Source of the DNA: Octopus sinensis
Taxonomy: Eukaryota
Reading direction: 5' to 3'
Length of the DNA stretch: 10,608 nt
Assembly (NCBI RefSeq): GCF_006345805.1
Contig: NW_021827278.1
Coordinates: 1-10,608 of the forward strand
Positions 1 to 7,658 of this stretch are shown here, one piece after another. How positions within the stretch are numbered: the stretch's first letter is position 1; each line of letters starts with the position of its first letter. The notes under the pieces were generated by a model. The model saw only the letters and a list, made by a program, of their open reading frames with translations. It was not told the DNA's origin and did no database searches. Position numbers and translations under genes: made by a program.

Positions 1-101
1 GATGGACCGGCGTCCCGTCCAGGCGGGGAACCTATATGCCAAGGAAACCGGGAAACCGGCCCTTAAGGGCCAGGCATGGTTCGAGAAGGAACAAACAACA
101 A
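1..101 (+). mobile_element. 3' end of a SINE (V-domain-like central motif, AACAA/CAA tail), inserted into the mariner transposase; 5' part lies outside the window
   Basis: GATGGACCGGCGTCCCGTCCAGG...GGAAACCGGGAAACCGGCC resembles the conserved V-SINE-type domain (from recall). It ends in a short AACAAACAACAA tail, after which transposase-like codons (RQF*CGRISVEIAPVPGRP) begin at once. Confidence 0.6.
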
Positions 102-504
102 TTCGCCAGTTCTAATGTGGTCGGATATCGGTGGAAATTGCTCCTGTTCCTGGACGACCACATTCCGCCATTGATGACGACGCCAACTATAATGTTGAAG
201 TCGCCATTTTGGAGGATCGTTACATAACTATTCGGTATTTAGCCCAAGAAGTGAAGATAAATATAGGGTCCATGGAAAAAATCCTTGACGACCATTTGGA
301 CATGCGGAAGTTATCTGCATGATGGATTCCCCTGGCCCTCGCACCTTTTCAGAAGCAGGAACGAGTCAGTTGCTCCCAGGCCCTTATGGCAATGTGCCAA
401 GAAAACAAGGAGGAGGTTTTCGGCAGACTTATCACACAGGATGAAACATGGGTCCATCACTATGATCTTGATATGAAAGTCCAGTCGAAGGAACGGAAGC
501 ATGA

Positions 505-606
505 GAACTCATCACCTCGAAAGAAGGACCCTGTCCATCCCTCAGTAGCCAAGGTGAACTCATGACTTCCAAAGAAGGCCCCTGTCCATCCCTCAGTAGC
601 CAAGAT
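505..606 (+). repeat. 51-bp tandem duplication inside the transposase
   Basis: 505-555 and 556-606 (GAACTCAT...CCTGTCCATCCCTCAGTAGCCAAG.T) differ at 5 of 51 positions. The period is 17 codons, so the frame is kept. Confidence 0.92.
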
Positions 607-608
607 GA

Positions 609-1010
609 TACTCTCTTTTACTTGTTTCAGTAATTTGACTGCGGCCATGCTGGAGCACCGCCTTTTTTATTTAGTCGAGCAACTCGACCCCAGGGCTCAT
701 CCTTTGTAAGCCTAGTACTTATTCTATCGGTCTCTTTTGCCGAACCGCTAAGTGACGGGGACGTAAACACACCAGCATCGGTTGTCAAGCGATGTTGGGG
801 AGACAAACACAGACACACAAACACACACACGCATATATATATATACATATATACGACGGGCTTCTTTCAGTTTGTCTACCAAATCCACTCACAACGCTTT
901 GGTCGGCCCGAGGCTATAGTAGAAGACACTTGCCCAAGGTGCCACGCAGTGGGACTGAACCCGGAACCCTATGGTTGGTAAGCAAGCTACTTACTGCACA
1001 GCTACTCCTG
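609..1010 (-). mobile_element. Near full-length tRNA-derived SINE (octopus OK/OR-type family), copy 1
   Basis: Minus strand shows an A-box-like TAGCTGTGCAGT, a B-box-like GGTTCAGTCC, an internal (TA)/(TG) microsatellite and a tail ending GAAACAAGTAAAAGAG. It is highly similar to 9665-10105 and splits the transposase between KMI and LTIFWD. Confidence 0.92.
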
Positions 1011-1514
1011 CTCACAATCTTTTGGGACCAGTGCGGAGTAGTGAAAGTGGATTTTCTGGTAAAGGGCACCACAGTTAACGGGGCATATTATGTCTCTCTG
1101 CTGCAGAAATTGCAGGATACCATCAAAGCAGAGAGGCGTGACGTGCTGACCAAAGGAGTCCGCTCCTCCAAGACAACGCCCCAGTTCACAATACGCTTGT
1201 TGCCCAGATGAAAGCACACTCCTGCAGCTATGAAGTCCTTTCTCATCCCCTTTATTCTCCCGATATTGCATCATCTAACTTCCTCTTCTTTCCAACCATG
1301 GAGTCTTTTTCTTTTTTTGAAGAGGGCGCAATTTCCGGATGCTTATTTCCGAACTTATTTCCGAGGTAACGTCTTGGCTCCAGACGCGATCTACCAACTT
1401 CTACAGACGAGGTCTTCACGGCTGCATAAAGCGAGGGGAGAAGTGTGTCACCATTGGTGGTGGTCATGTAGAGAAGGACTAATAATTATGCCAAGTTTCG
1501 TTTATACCAGTTCT

Positions 1515-1765
1515 AATATCTCTAGGCTGTATAGATATTAGAGCATTTATAGATAGATAAATGCTCTAATATCTATACAGTCTTGGGTTTTTTTCTCTTA
1601 TTACGCAAAATTTTTTTATATACACACGCTAACATAGAACCAACGTTGAACCCTTTATTCGCAATATTACCCAATCTGGAACTTAACTATAGCACTTATT
1701 CAGCATTACCTGACACCTTTGGGTCTCAATGACACCATTATCTCTTATGTATATATATATATATA
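1515..1765. mobile_element. 251-bp insert with 22-bp flanking duplication, 24-bp perfect hairpin and (TA)n end
   Basis: AAGTTTCGTTTAT(A/C)CCAGTTCT occurs at 1493-1514 and 1766-1787 with 1 mismatch. A perfect inverted repeat lies at 1527-1550/1557-1580, and (TA)n at ~1750-1765. Confidence 0.65.
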
Positions 1766-1879
1766 AAGTTTCGTTTATCCCAGTTCTTGGGAAGTGGGTC
1801 TGGCGAAATCTTTAATGAAAACCCCTAGTTTGTATGAGTGTAGCAAAAGTCGCCATGTTTATTTATTTACACATATATA

Positions 1880-2088
1880 TTAGTTAATCCAAACAAGAAG
1901 AGCACACAAAACACACAACAACGCGAAGACGTGGAACAAATTAGTATGGTATTGGACGCTCAGGAAGAAGGGAAAGAAGGAGGGTTTAACGTTTCGAGCG
2001 GAGCTCTTCGTCGGAAACATGGAGAAGGAAAAAATCAGAGAAGGGAAGACATAGGAAAAAAAATCGCCAACGGTACACACGAGGTCAC

Positions 2089-2093
<5 letters not shown>
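1880..2093 (-). mobile_element. (TA)n-bounded Penelope-like pLTR fragment carrying a minimal hammerhead motif
   Basis: A non-simple ~210-bp block between TA runs containing the hammerhead motif at 1984-2018. Minimal hammerheads are an established hallmark of Penelope-like element pLTRs. The family assignment is inferred. Confidence 0.55.
1984..2018 (-). ncRNA. Minimal type I hammerhead ribozyme motif (U4>C variant)
   Basis: Minus strand reads GUUU-CCGACGA-A-GAGC-UCC-GCUC-GAAA-CGU-U-AAAC. This gives stem I GUUU/AAAC, a core matching CUGANGA at 6/7, stem II GAGC/GCUC, GAAA, a palindromic stem III (ACGU) and a GUU cleavage triplet. Confidence 0.7.
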
Positions 2094-2094
<1 letters not shown>

Positions 2095-2140
<46 letters not shown>

Positions 2141-2147
2141 TATATAT
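2095..2147. repeat. (TA)n microsatellite
   Basis: Directly visible. Confidence 0.97.
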
Positions 2148-2151
2148 AAAC

Positions 2152-2456
2152 AAGACTTCGTAGTTGCTCTTTCTCCGTAAGTATCACGCCTCCGGATTTA
2201 TTAACAAATATTATATGTAGCACTAGACAGTTAAGTATCTATGCATAAAATTTGACTGAAATTGATGGGTGAGCGTTTGGCTCAATCTGATGCGCATGGA
2301 GCCATGTTTGCGTTCATATGTGAGTTCGATTCTAGCCTGGTGAGCTCACCATTTTTCAGTGAATTATTATTAAAATATAATATTGTATCGTTAGTATTGA
2401 ATAAAAGACTTTCGTAGTCACTCTTTCTACGTAACTTATCGAGCCTTCCTAGTTTA
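2152..2456 (+). mobile_element. (TA)n-bounded cassette: ~50-bp terminal direct repeats around an inverted-repeat-flanked tRNA-like core
   Basis: Imperfect direct repeats AAGACTT(T)CGTAGT..CTCTTTCT.CGTAA at 2152-2200 and 2405-2456. An imperfect inverted repeat lies at 2255-2274/2344-2360, with Pol III-like boxes inside. Confidence 0.55.
2268..2356 (+). ncRNA. tRNA-like Pol III unit (non-canonical cloverleaf)
   Basis: 7-bp acceptor-like stem GGTGAGC (2268-2274)/GCTCACC (2344-2350) plus A, an A-box-like TGGCTCAATCTG (2278), a B-box/T-loop GAGTTCGATTCT (2322-2333) and a T5 run (2352-2356) directly after. There is no clean anticodon arm, and 7 extra nt follow the T arm. Confidence 0.45.
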
Positions 2457-2466
2457 TATATATATA

Positions 2467-3037
2467 TTACTTTTTTGTGGATTAACAAGTCTACCAATGG
2501 TTTCATGTAGACAGAAATCTCTCAACAATTATCAATCCTGCTAAATGGGAATGCTGGTACTCGTCTCGTACTTATCTCCATCATAGATGAGAATATATAT
2601 ATATGCATATGCATAAATGCATCAGGAATTGACTAGGTGACTTAAAATAAGTGGTACGGTCGAATGAGCTCTTCAACACGGTGCCACCCAATGGACGGAT
2701 AGAAGTTAAAGACTAAAAGAAACAGGAAATGGAGAAAACTGAATTTCTATATTAACGTAAAATAATACGCAACTTTGTTAAATAGAGCAGAACATATTTT
2801 CGGAACCAAATCTTCCACGATCACCACTCCGTGTATTTCCAAATTTCGATTCTGTCGTATATGTTTCTATGTATGCTGAAATACCGTGCAGTCTCGTGTA
2901 GCTTCGTGTATTCTCATCTATGATGGAGACAAGTACGAGACGAGTACTAGCATTCCCATTTAGCAGGATTGATAATTGTTGAGGGATTTCTGTCTACATG
3001 AAACCATTGGTAGACTTGTTAATCCACAAATAAGTAA
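2467..3037. mobile_element. Fold-back/MITE-like element with 129-bp terminal inverted repeats in (TA)n
   Basis: 2467-2595 is the reverse complement of 2909-3037 with 4 mismatches. The 313-bp spacer is non-coding, and TA runs sit outside both ends. Confidence 0.85.
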
Positions 3038-3079
3038 TATATATATATATAATGTATGTATGTATGCATGTATGTATCA

Positions 3080-3191
3080 TGGGCAAGTGTCTACTACTAT
3101 ATAGCCTCAGGCCGACCAAAGCCTTGTGATTGGATTTAGCAGACTGAAACTGAAAGAAGCCCGTTGTATATATGTATATACATATATATAC

Positions 3192-3225
<34 letters not shown>

Positions 3226-3325
3226 CTGTGTTTGTCCCCCCAACATCGCTTGACAACTGATGCTGGTGTGTTTACAACCTCGTAACTTAGCGGTTCGGCA
3301 AAGAGACGGAGAGAATAAGTACTAG
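3080..3325 (+). mobile_element. Internal fragment of the same tRNA-derived SINE, copy 2 (both ends missing)
   Basis: TGGGCAAGTGTCT...GGCCGACCAAAGCCTTGTGA...CTTAGCGGTTCGGCAAAGAGAC...AATAAGTACTAG aligns to the reverse complement of 609-1010. Confidence 0.9.
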
Positions 3326-3453
3326 ACAAACAGATAGATAGACAGACAGATAGACAGGTATAGACAGACAGACAGATATAGATAGATAGGCAGATAGATA
3401 TAACTAGATAGACAGATATAGATAGATAGACTGATAGACAGATATAGACAGAC

Positions 3454-3512
<59 letters not shown>

Positions 3513-3585
3513 CAGATATAGATAGATAGATAGATAGACAGATATAGATAGATAGACAGACAGACAGATATACATAGATAGATAC
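3326..3585. repeat. (GATA)n/(GACA)n compound microsatellite
   Basis: Directly visible. Confidence 0.95.
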
Positions 3586-3710
3586 CAAAAGATTGAGAGA
3601 AGGAGTTTGATTAAAATGATATAGAGAGAAAAAGAGAGCAAGGGAGAGAAAATATATATATATATAATTTCCATGTAGGTATAAACATATCGCGTGTCTG
3701 TATAAATGTG

Positions 3711-3775
3711 AGTATATACATATTATATATATATTATATATATATATATATAATAATATATATATATATATATAT
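3711..3775. repeat. Degenerate (TA)n
   Basis: Directly visible. Confidence 0.9.
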
Positions 3776-4049
3776 CCATGTACGCAATTGTTTGCGTGCG
3801 TCTGTGAGTGCTAAAGCGATATTTGAAGATGAAAGCGGCCGAAAGTGGGATGAGCGACTATTTCTAATTTATAGCAAAGGAACGGTGCCGAGATGAAGCC
3901 ATCTTTTAGCTCTTTCGCTTTGGAATGTCTTGAAAATGGTAAAAGCATTCTTCACACACATGGTTAGTTCCACGATTCCAGTCTTCGACACATCAAACGT
4001 TTTCAACTCAAAGATATGATCAACAGTTTCCAATATACGTCCGCATGCA

Positions 4050-4226
4050 TATATGTGTGTATATATGTATGTATATAGGTGAATGCAACGTATATGATAT
4101 ATATAATTATATATATATATATATATATATATGATATATGTACATTTTATATAATATATATAGTACATATCACGTATAATATGCATAATATATATATATA
4201 TATATTGATATATATTCACACACATT

Positions 4227-4260
<34 letters not shown>

Positions 4261-4386
4261 CTAATCTGTATATAGGCATGGGTTAAACTGTAGATTGATA
4301 GATGGCTATATAATAGAGGTGTAGATTAATGTGAGCATGGGGTAGAAACGGAAATGAATGTATATATGCGTTTATATAACTCTCTC

Positions 4387-4453
<67 letters not shown>

Positions 4454-4520
4454 CTGTATACAGGGATCACTTGGTGTTGTACAGAATTACGTACCTATTA
4501 CGTATATATATGTGTATATA

Positions 4521-4553
<33 letters not shown>

Positions 4554-4765
4554 CATATATATACATATATACACACATGCATACCCGCACATTACAAATA
4601 TAGGTGTTAAGTTTGTACGTATATATGTATATTTATGTGTGTGTGTGTGTATGCACATACATACATAAAAATGTCCATACATATGTATAGATATATATAT
4701 ACATTGTATTATAAATCAAAGTATATATTTAGAGATAGATATGTAGATAGATAGAGAGATAGATA
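4050..4765. repeat. Low-complexity zone: degenerate (TA)n, (TATC)n at ~4388-4452, (TG)n, (GATA)n
   Basis: Directly visible simple repeats with short spacers. Confidence 0.85.
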
Positions 4766-5150
4766 TGGCTGTGTGGTAAAGAAACTGGCTATGCAACTAC
4801 GCGGTTTTAGGTTCATTCCCTGTGTAGCACCTTGAGCAAGTTTCTTCTAATACACTCACGACGCTGTCCAATACTTTGGAAGTGAAACTGGATGACGGAA
4901 ATTGAGTGAAGCCCGACGTTTGTGTATGTGTGTGTCTTTGTGCTCGTGATGGTCCCAGTATCATCTCTTCACAACCGGTGCTGTTTTGTTTACGTCCCTG
5001 TAATCTAATAGTTCGTCAAAAGCGAATAAAAGAACGCCAGACTTATAAAAATAAGTGACCGGCGTGAATTTCTTCGGGTAGATTTGTAAACCCTTCAGAC
5101 TTGGGCCCCAACATGGCCGTAATCTAATGACTGAAATAAAAACAAAAGGA
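4766..5150 (+). mobile_element. Old, diverged full-length member of the same SINE family, copy 3
   Basis: TGGCTGTGTGGTAA (A box), GGTTCATTCC (B box), CACCTTGAGCAAG, GACGGAAATTGAGTGAAGCCCG, GTTTACGTCCCTGTAA and CAACATGGCCGTAATCTAATGACTGAAA are colinear with copies 1 and 5 but carry many substitutions. Confidence 0.85.
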
Positions 5151-5514
5151 TATAGTTTCCACGGAAACAGTTACACGGTTTTCGGCGAGAAAGTGTAGAT
5201 AAAATATTACATATATATATATACATACCACGCTGTCATCAGCAACCAACAAGAAAATAAAATAAATGTCATTCGTGTTAGACAGGCTGCAGTTGACACA
5301 GGTTAAAAATACAAAAATACAAATGGGTGGAAGGAAAGAAGGACGAAGCAAGTAAAGATAAGTAGGATGTCAGCTCAGCTGAGATACAATACTCTTGCTG
5401 ATGACGGCAAGATACGTCTGTGTACTTATATAATACACTTTTCCATTAGAAACAAGGTACCGTGCTCACATCTCCAAAATATTTATCATGTTGTGTGTGT
5501 GTGTCTATGCATGC

Positions 5515-5532
5515 ATATATATATTATATATA

Positions 5533-5576
<44 letters not shown>
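5515..5576. repeat. (TA)n microsatellite
   Basis: Directly visible. Confidence 0.95.
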
Positions 5577-5580
<4 letters not shown>

Positions 5581-5815
5581 TTAGATCCAAATTAGATTCT
5601 TTTGCCACATGTATCACTGACGAAGAGAGGGCTCTTAGTAGCTAACTCTGAATCGGTCCGATATAGTAATAATGGAATTTTTAAGAAATTTCTGTCGACC
5701 TCTTTTCGAGTAGCGTGCGGATTGTGAAAAAATTAATGGTTAATGGACAATATGTCCAATTTTTCGGCATATTTGGCATTAGTAATTTTTTCGTTTGCCC
5801 TTATTTATGAACTGT
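5577..5815 (+). mobile_element. (TA)n-bounded Penelope-like pLTR fragment with hammerhead motif
   Basis: A ~240-bp block between TA runs containing the hammerhead-like motif at 5611-5664. The assignment is inferred. Confidence 0.5.
5611..5664 (+). ncRNA. Degenerate minimal type I hammerhead ribozyme motif
   Basis: GUAUCA-CUGACGA-AGAG...CUCU-GAA-UCGGUC-CGAUAU. It has a perfect CUGANGA (5617-5623), stem II AGAG/CUCU, a GUC triplet (5656-5658) and stem I GUAUC/GAUAU. GAAUCGGUC is an eroded form of GAAACCGGUC. Confidence 0.6.
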
Positions 5816-5823
5816 ATATATAT

Positions 5824-6114
5824 AATTAGAGATAAAACCACTATTAGGCAAATCAAACAGTGAAAAACAAACCAATAAATAGAAATAATATTGATTAATA
5901 TAAATAAAAATTATATATATATATATATATATATTTATAAGTATAAATTAATAATTTAAATAATTTTTTAAATTTTAACTTTAAATTTGAATAATTTAAA
6001 TTTTGAATTTTATATTTTATATATTTTGTATATTATATTAATTAATTTTATTTCTATGTTCTGGTTTATGTTTTTCACTGTTTGATTTGCCTAATATTGG
6101 TTTTATCTCTAATT
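5824..6114. mobile_element. Fold-back element: 46-bp (imperfectly ~65-bp) inverted repeats around an extremely AT-rich spacer
   Basis: 5824-5869 versus 6069-6114 reverse complement has 1 mismatch and extends imperfectly inward (AAACCA..ATAGAAATAA). (TA)n lies on both outer sides. Confidence 0.8.
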
Positions 6115-6137
6115 ATATATATATATATTTATACTGT

Positions 6138-6167
6138 AAAATTAGATTTAATCCTAAATCTAATTTT
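6138..6167. repeat. Perfect 13-bp hairpin in a short (TA)n-bounded block
   Basis: AAAATTAGATTTA-ATCC-TAAATCTAATTTT. Confidence 0.8.
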
Positions 6168-6240
6168 TCCCTGTAAATTTGGATTTACTCCCTAATATTA
6201 TATATATATATATATATGTATATTTATATATATATACAGT

Positions 6241-6300
6241 GGATGCACAATGGCCCAGTGGTTAGGGAAACGGTCTCGAGGTTATAGGATCGCGGTTTCT
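6241..6300 (+). mobile_element. Truncated tRNA-derived SINE head (second family)
   Basis: A-box TGGCCCAGTGGTTAGG followed by tRNA-like sequence that breaks off at the start of the B box (CGCGGTTTC). Confidence 0.55.
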
Positions 6301-6413
6301 TGATTAACATAATGTGATGGTTTATTTTTAGACTGACATGGTAGGGCAGGTGTGAGGGACCTGATCTGGTTGGTTTGGGCTGGATATCGCTCGTTTAAAG
6401 GCTAAAGGCTTGA
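6301..6413. mobile_element. Possible eroded terminus of a non-autonomous piggyBac-like element
   Basis: Ends TTTAAAGGCTAAAGGCTTGA, resembling ...AAAGGG-TTAA termini (from recall). No partner end is in the window. Confidence 0.3.
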
Positions 6414-6487
6414 CTATGTAAAATGTTAGAGAAAAAACCCAACCATTCTTGCAATACTTACCAATATACACATCAAAACCAAAATTT

Positions 6488-6615
6488 TTTTCAGGGGCCC
6501 TTAAATTTCTATTCTGGATCCCAAATTTACCATTTCGTTGCGTGGCCCCCTAAAAATCTTATATGGCCCCTGAGAGTCCCTATGGGCTTTCAGGGGCCAT
6601 ATACTCCAAAGCATA
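6488..6615. repeat. GGCCCC-motif cluster with long hairpin, probable DNA-transposon subterminal region
   Basis: Four GGCCCC/GGGGCC motifs. A perfect 14-bp stem at 6560-6573/6590-6603 extends inward to a 3-nt loop. Confidence 0.5.
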
Positions 6616-6630
6616 GGGCTGTAATGCATT

Positions 6631-6830
6631 TATATGCAGTTACATCTATGTCCGGTCATAGACTGACCAATGGTTTCGCATCCATTGATGGCTTAGTCCC
6701 ATGGACAATTCGTCTGACTCTACAGCCGTAGAGCTATAAGGTCTTTGACTGACGGAGCCGTCCATGGGGCCAGGTCCTTTGTGGATGCTAAACCGTTGGT
6801 CACTCTATGACAGGACATAGACTTAACCGC

Positions 6831-6835
<5 letters not shown>
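6631..6835. mobile_element. ~200-bp palindromic MITE flanked by TA
   Basis: 6631-6684 versus 6782-6835 reverse complement has 7 mismatches in 54. Pairing continues inward (CCCATGGAC/GTCCATGGG, CGTC/GACG). Confidence 0.82.
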
Positions 6836-6872
<37 letters not shown>

Positions 6873-6953
6873 ATTACGTATACGTATATTTCATTGAAAG
6901 AGATGCATATATTTACATAAATACATACACACACACACACACACACATGTGTA

Positions 6954-6996
<43 letters not shown>

Positions 6997-7080
6997 ATAC
7001 GCGACTCTGTATGTATACAAACGTGTGTATATGTGTATGTATTTATATATATGTCTATATATATTTTGATACACATGCAA
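6836..7080. repeat. (TA)n/(GA)n/(CA)n low-complexity tract
   Basis: Directly visible. Confidence 0.85.
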
Positions 7081-7124
7081 ATATATCTATCTAGATGTAT
7101 ATCTACAAAAATAAAAACAGAAAT

Positions 7125-7132
7125 ATAGATAT

Positions 7133-7164
<32 letters not shown>

Positions 7165-7222
7165 GGGTAGATAGCTAGATGATAGATAGATAGATAGAGA
7201 TATAAGATAGATGGATGGGTAA

Positions 7223-7260
<38 letters not shown>

Positions 7261-7270
7261 GGATGGGTAA

Positions 7271-7301
<31 letters not shown>

Positions 7302-7442
7302 TGTTCTTTAATTAGCCACACAGGGCTGCCACACAGATAGAACAAATTACAGGTAGAGATCGAGAGAAGATAGATAGATAGATGATGGTAAAGATAGATA
7401 TGATAGATGGGTAAATAGATAGATAGATATAGATAGATAGAC

Positions 7443-7476
<34 letters not shown>

Positions 7477-7520
7477 GGGTAAATAGATATAGATAGATAG
7501 ATAGATAGATGGAGGGTAAA

Positions 7521-7554
<34 letters not shown>

Positions 7555-7616
7555 GGATGGATGGGTAAATAGATAGATAGATGGGTAAATAGATAGATAG
7601 ATAGATAGATAGACAT

Positions 7617-7658
<42 letters not shown>

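Larger units (their letters stand above)
102..1482 (+). pseudogene. Mariner transposase pseudogene (stops, frameshifts, SINE insertion)
   Basis: Manual translation across frames gives GRP...DRYITIRYLAQEV (HTH), KLSA*WIP (WVPxxL motif; CGA>TGA at 320-322), RLITQDETWVHHYD (first catalytic D at 440-442), KMI/LTIFWDQCGVV...GTTVNGAYY, QDNAPVH (second D at 1172-1174), HPLYSPDIASSNF (YSPDLAPxD motif; third D now N at 1277-1279, exactly 34 codons between it and the second D) and C-terminal EKCVTIGGGHVEKD*. Confidence 0.93.
102..1828 (+). mobile_element. Decayed mariner (Tc1/mariner, DD34D) DNA transposon, 5' end outside the window
   Basis: Transposase motifs in order (see pseudogene feature) and stop TAATAA at ~1480. 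A 3' terminus resembling mariner TIR ends follows (GGGTCTGGCGAAATCTTTAATGAAAACCCCTAG, ~1796-1828). The 5' TIR is not visible, so the TIR call is inferred. Confidence 0.85.

Noticed and set aside
792-1211. 139-aa ORF fusing antisense SINE sequence in frame to the mariner catalytic segment
   Set aside because: Chance read-through. The N-terminal half is SINE and microsatellite, and the frame shifts before the second catalytic Asp.
2268-2351. Functional canonical tRNA gene
   Set aside because: No proper D or anticodon arms, a mismatched T stem and 7 extra nt before the acceptor strand. Kept only as tRNA-like.
2966-3026. Hammerhead-like arrangement in the 129-bp arm (TTGTTGA...GAAACCATTGGTA with a 10-bp outer stem)
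   Set aside because: The core deviates at two essential positions, there is no stem II, and a simple hairpin explains the pairing.
2994-3674. 226-aa and other long ORFs rich in YI/LSIY repeats (also 7312-7830, 8167-8691)
   Set aside because: Translations of (TA)n and (GATA)n microsatellites that lack stops in some frames.
5398-5460. CTGATGA as a third hammerhead core
   Set aside because: No stem II closed by GAAA at a suitable distance and no stem I partner.
6423-6731. 102-aa ORF
   Set aside because: It spans hairpin and MITE sequence and has no recognisable protein motif.
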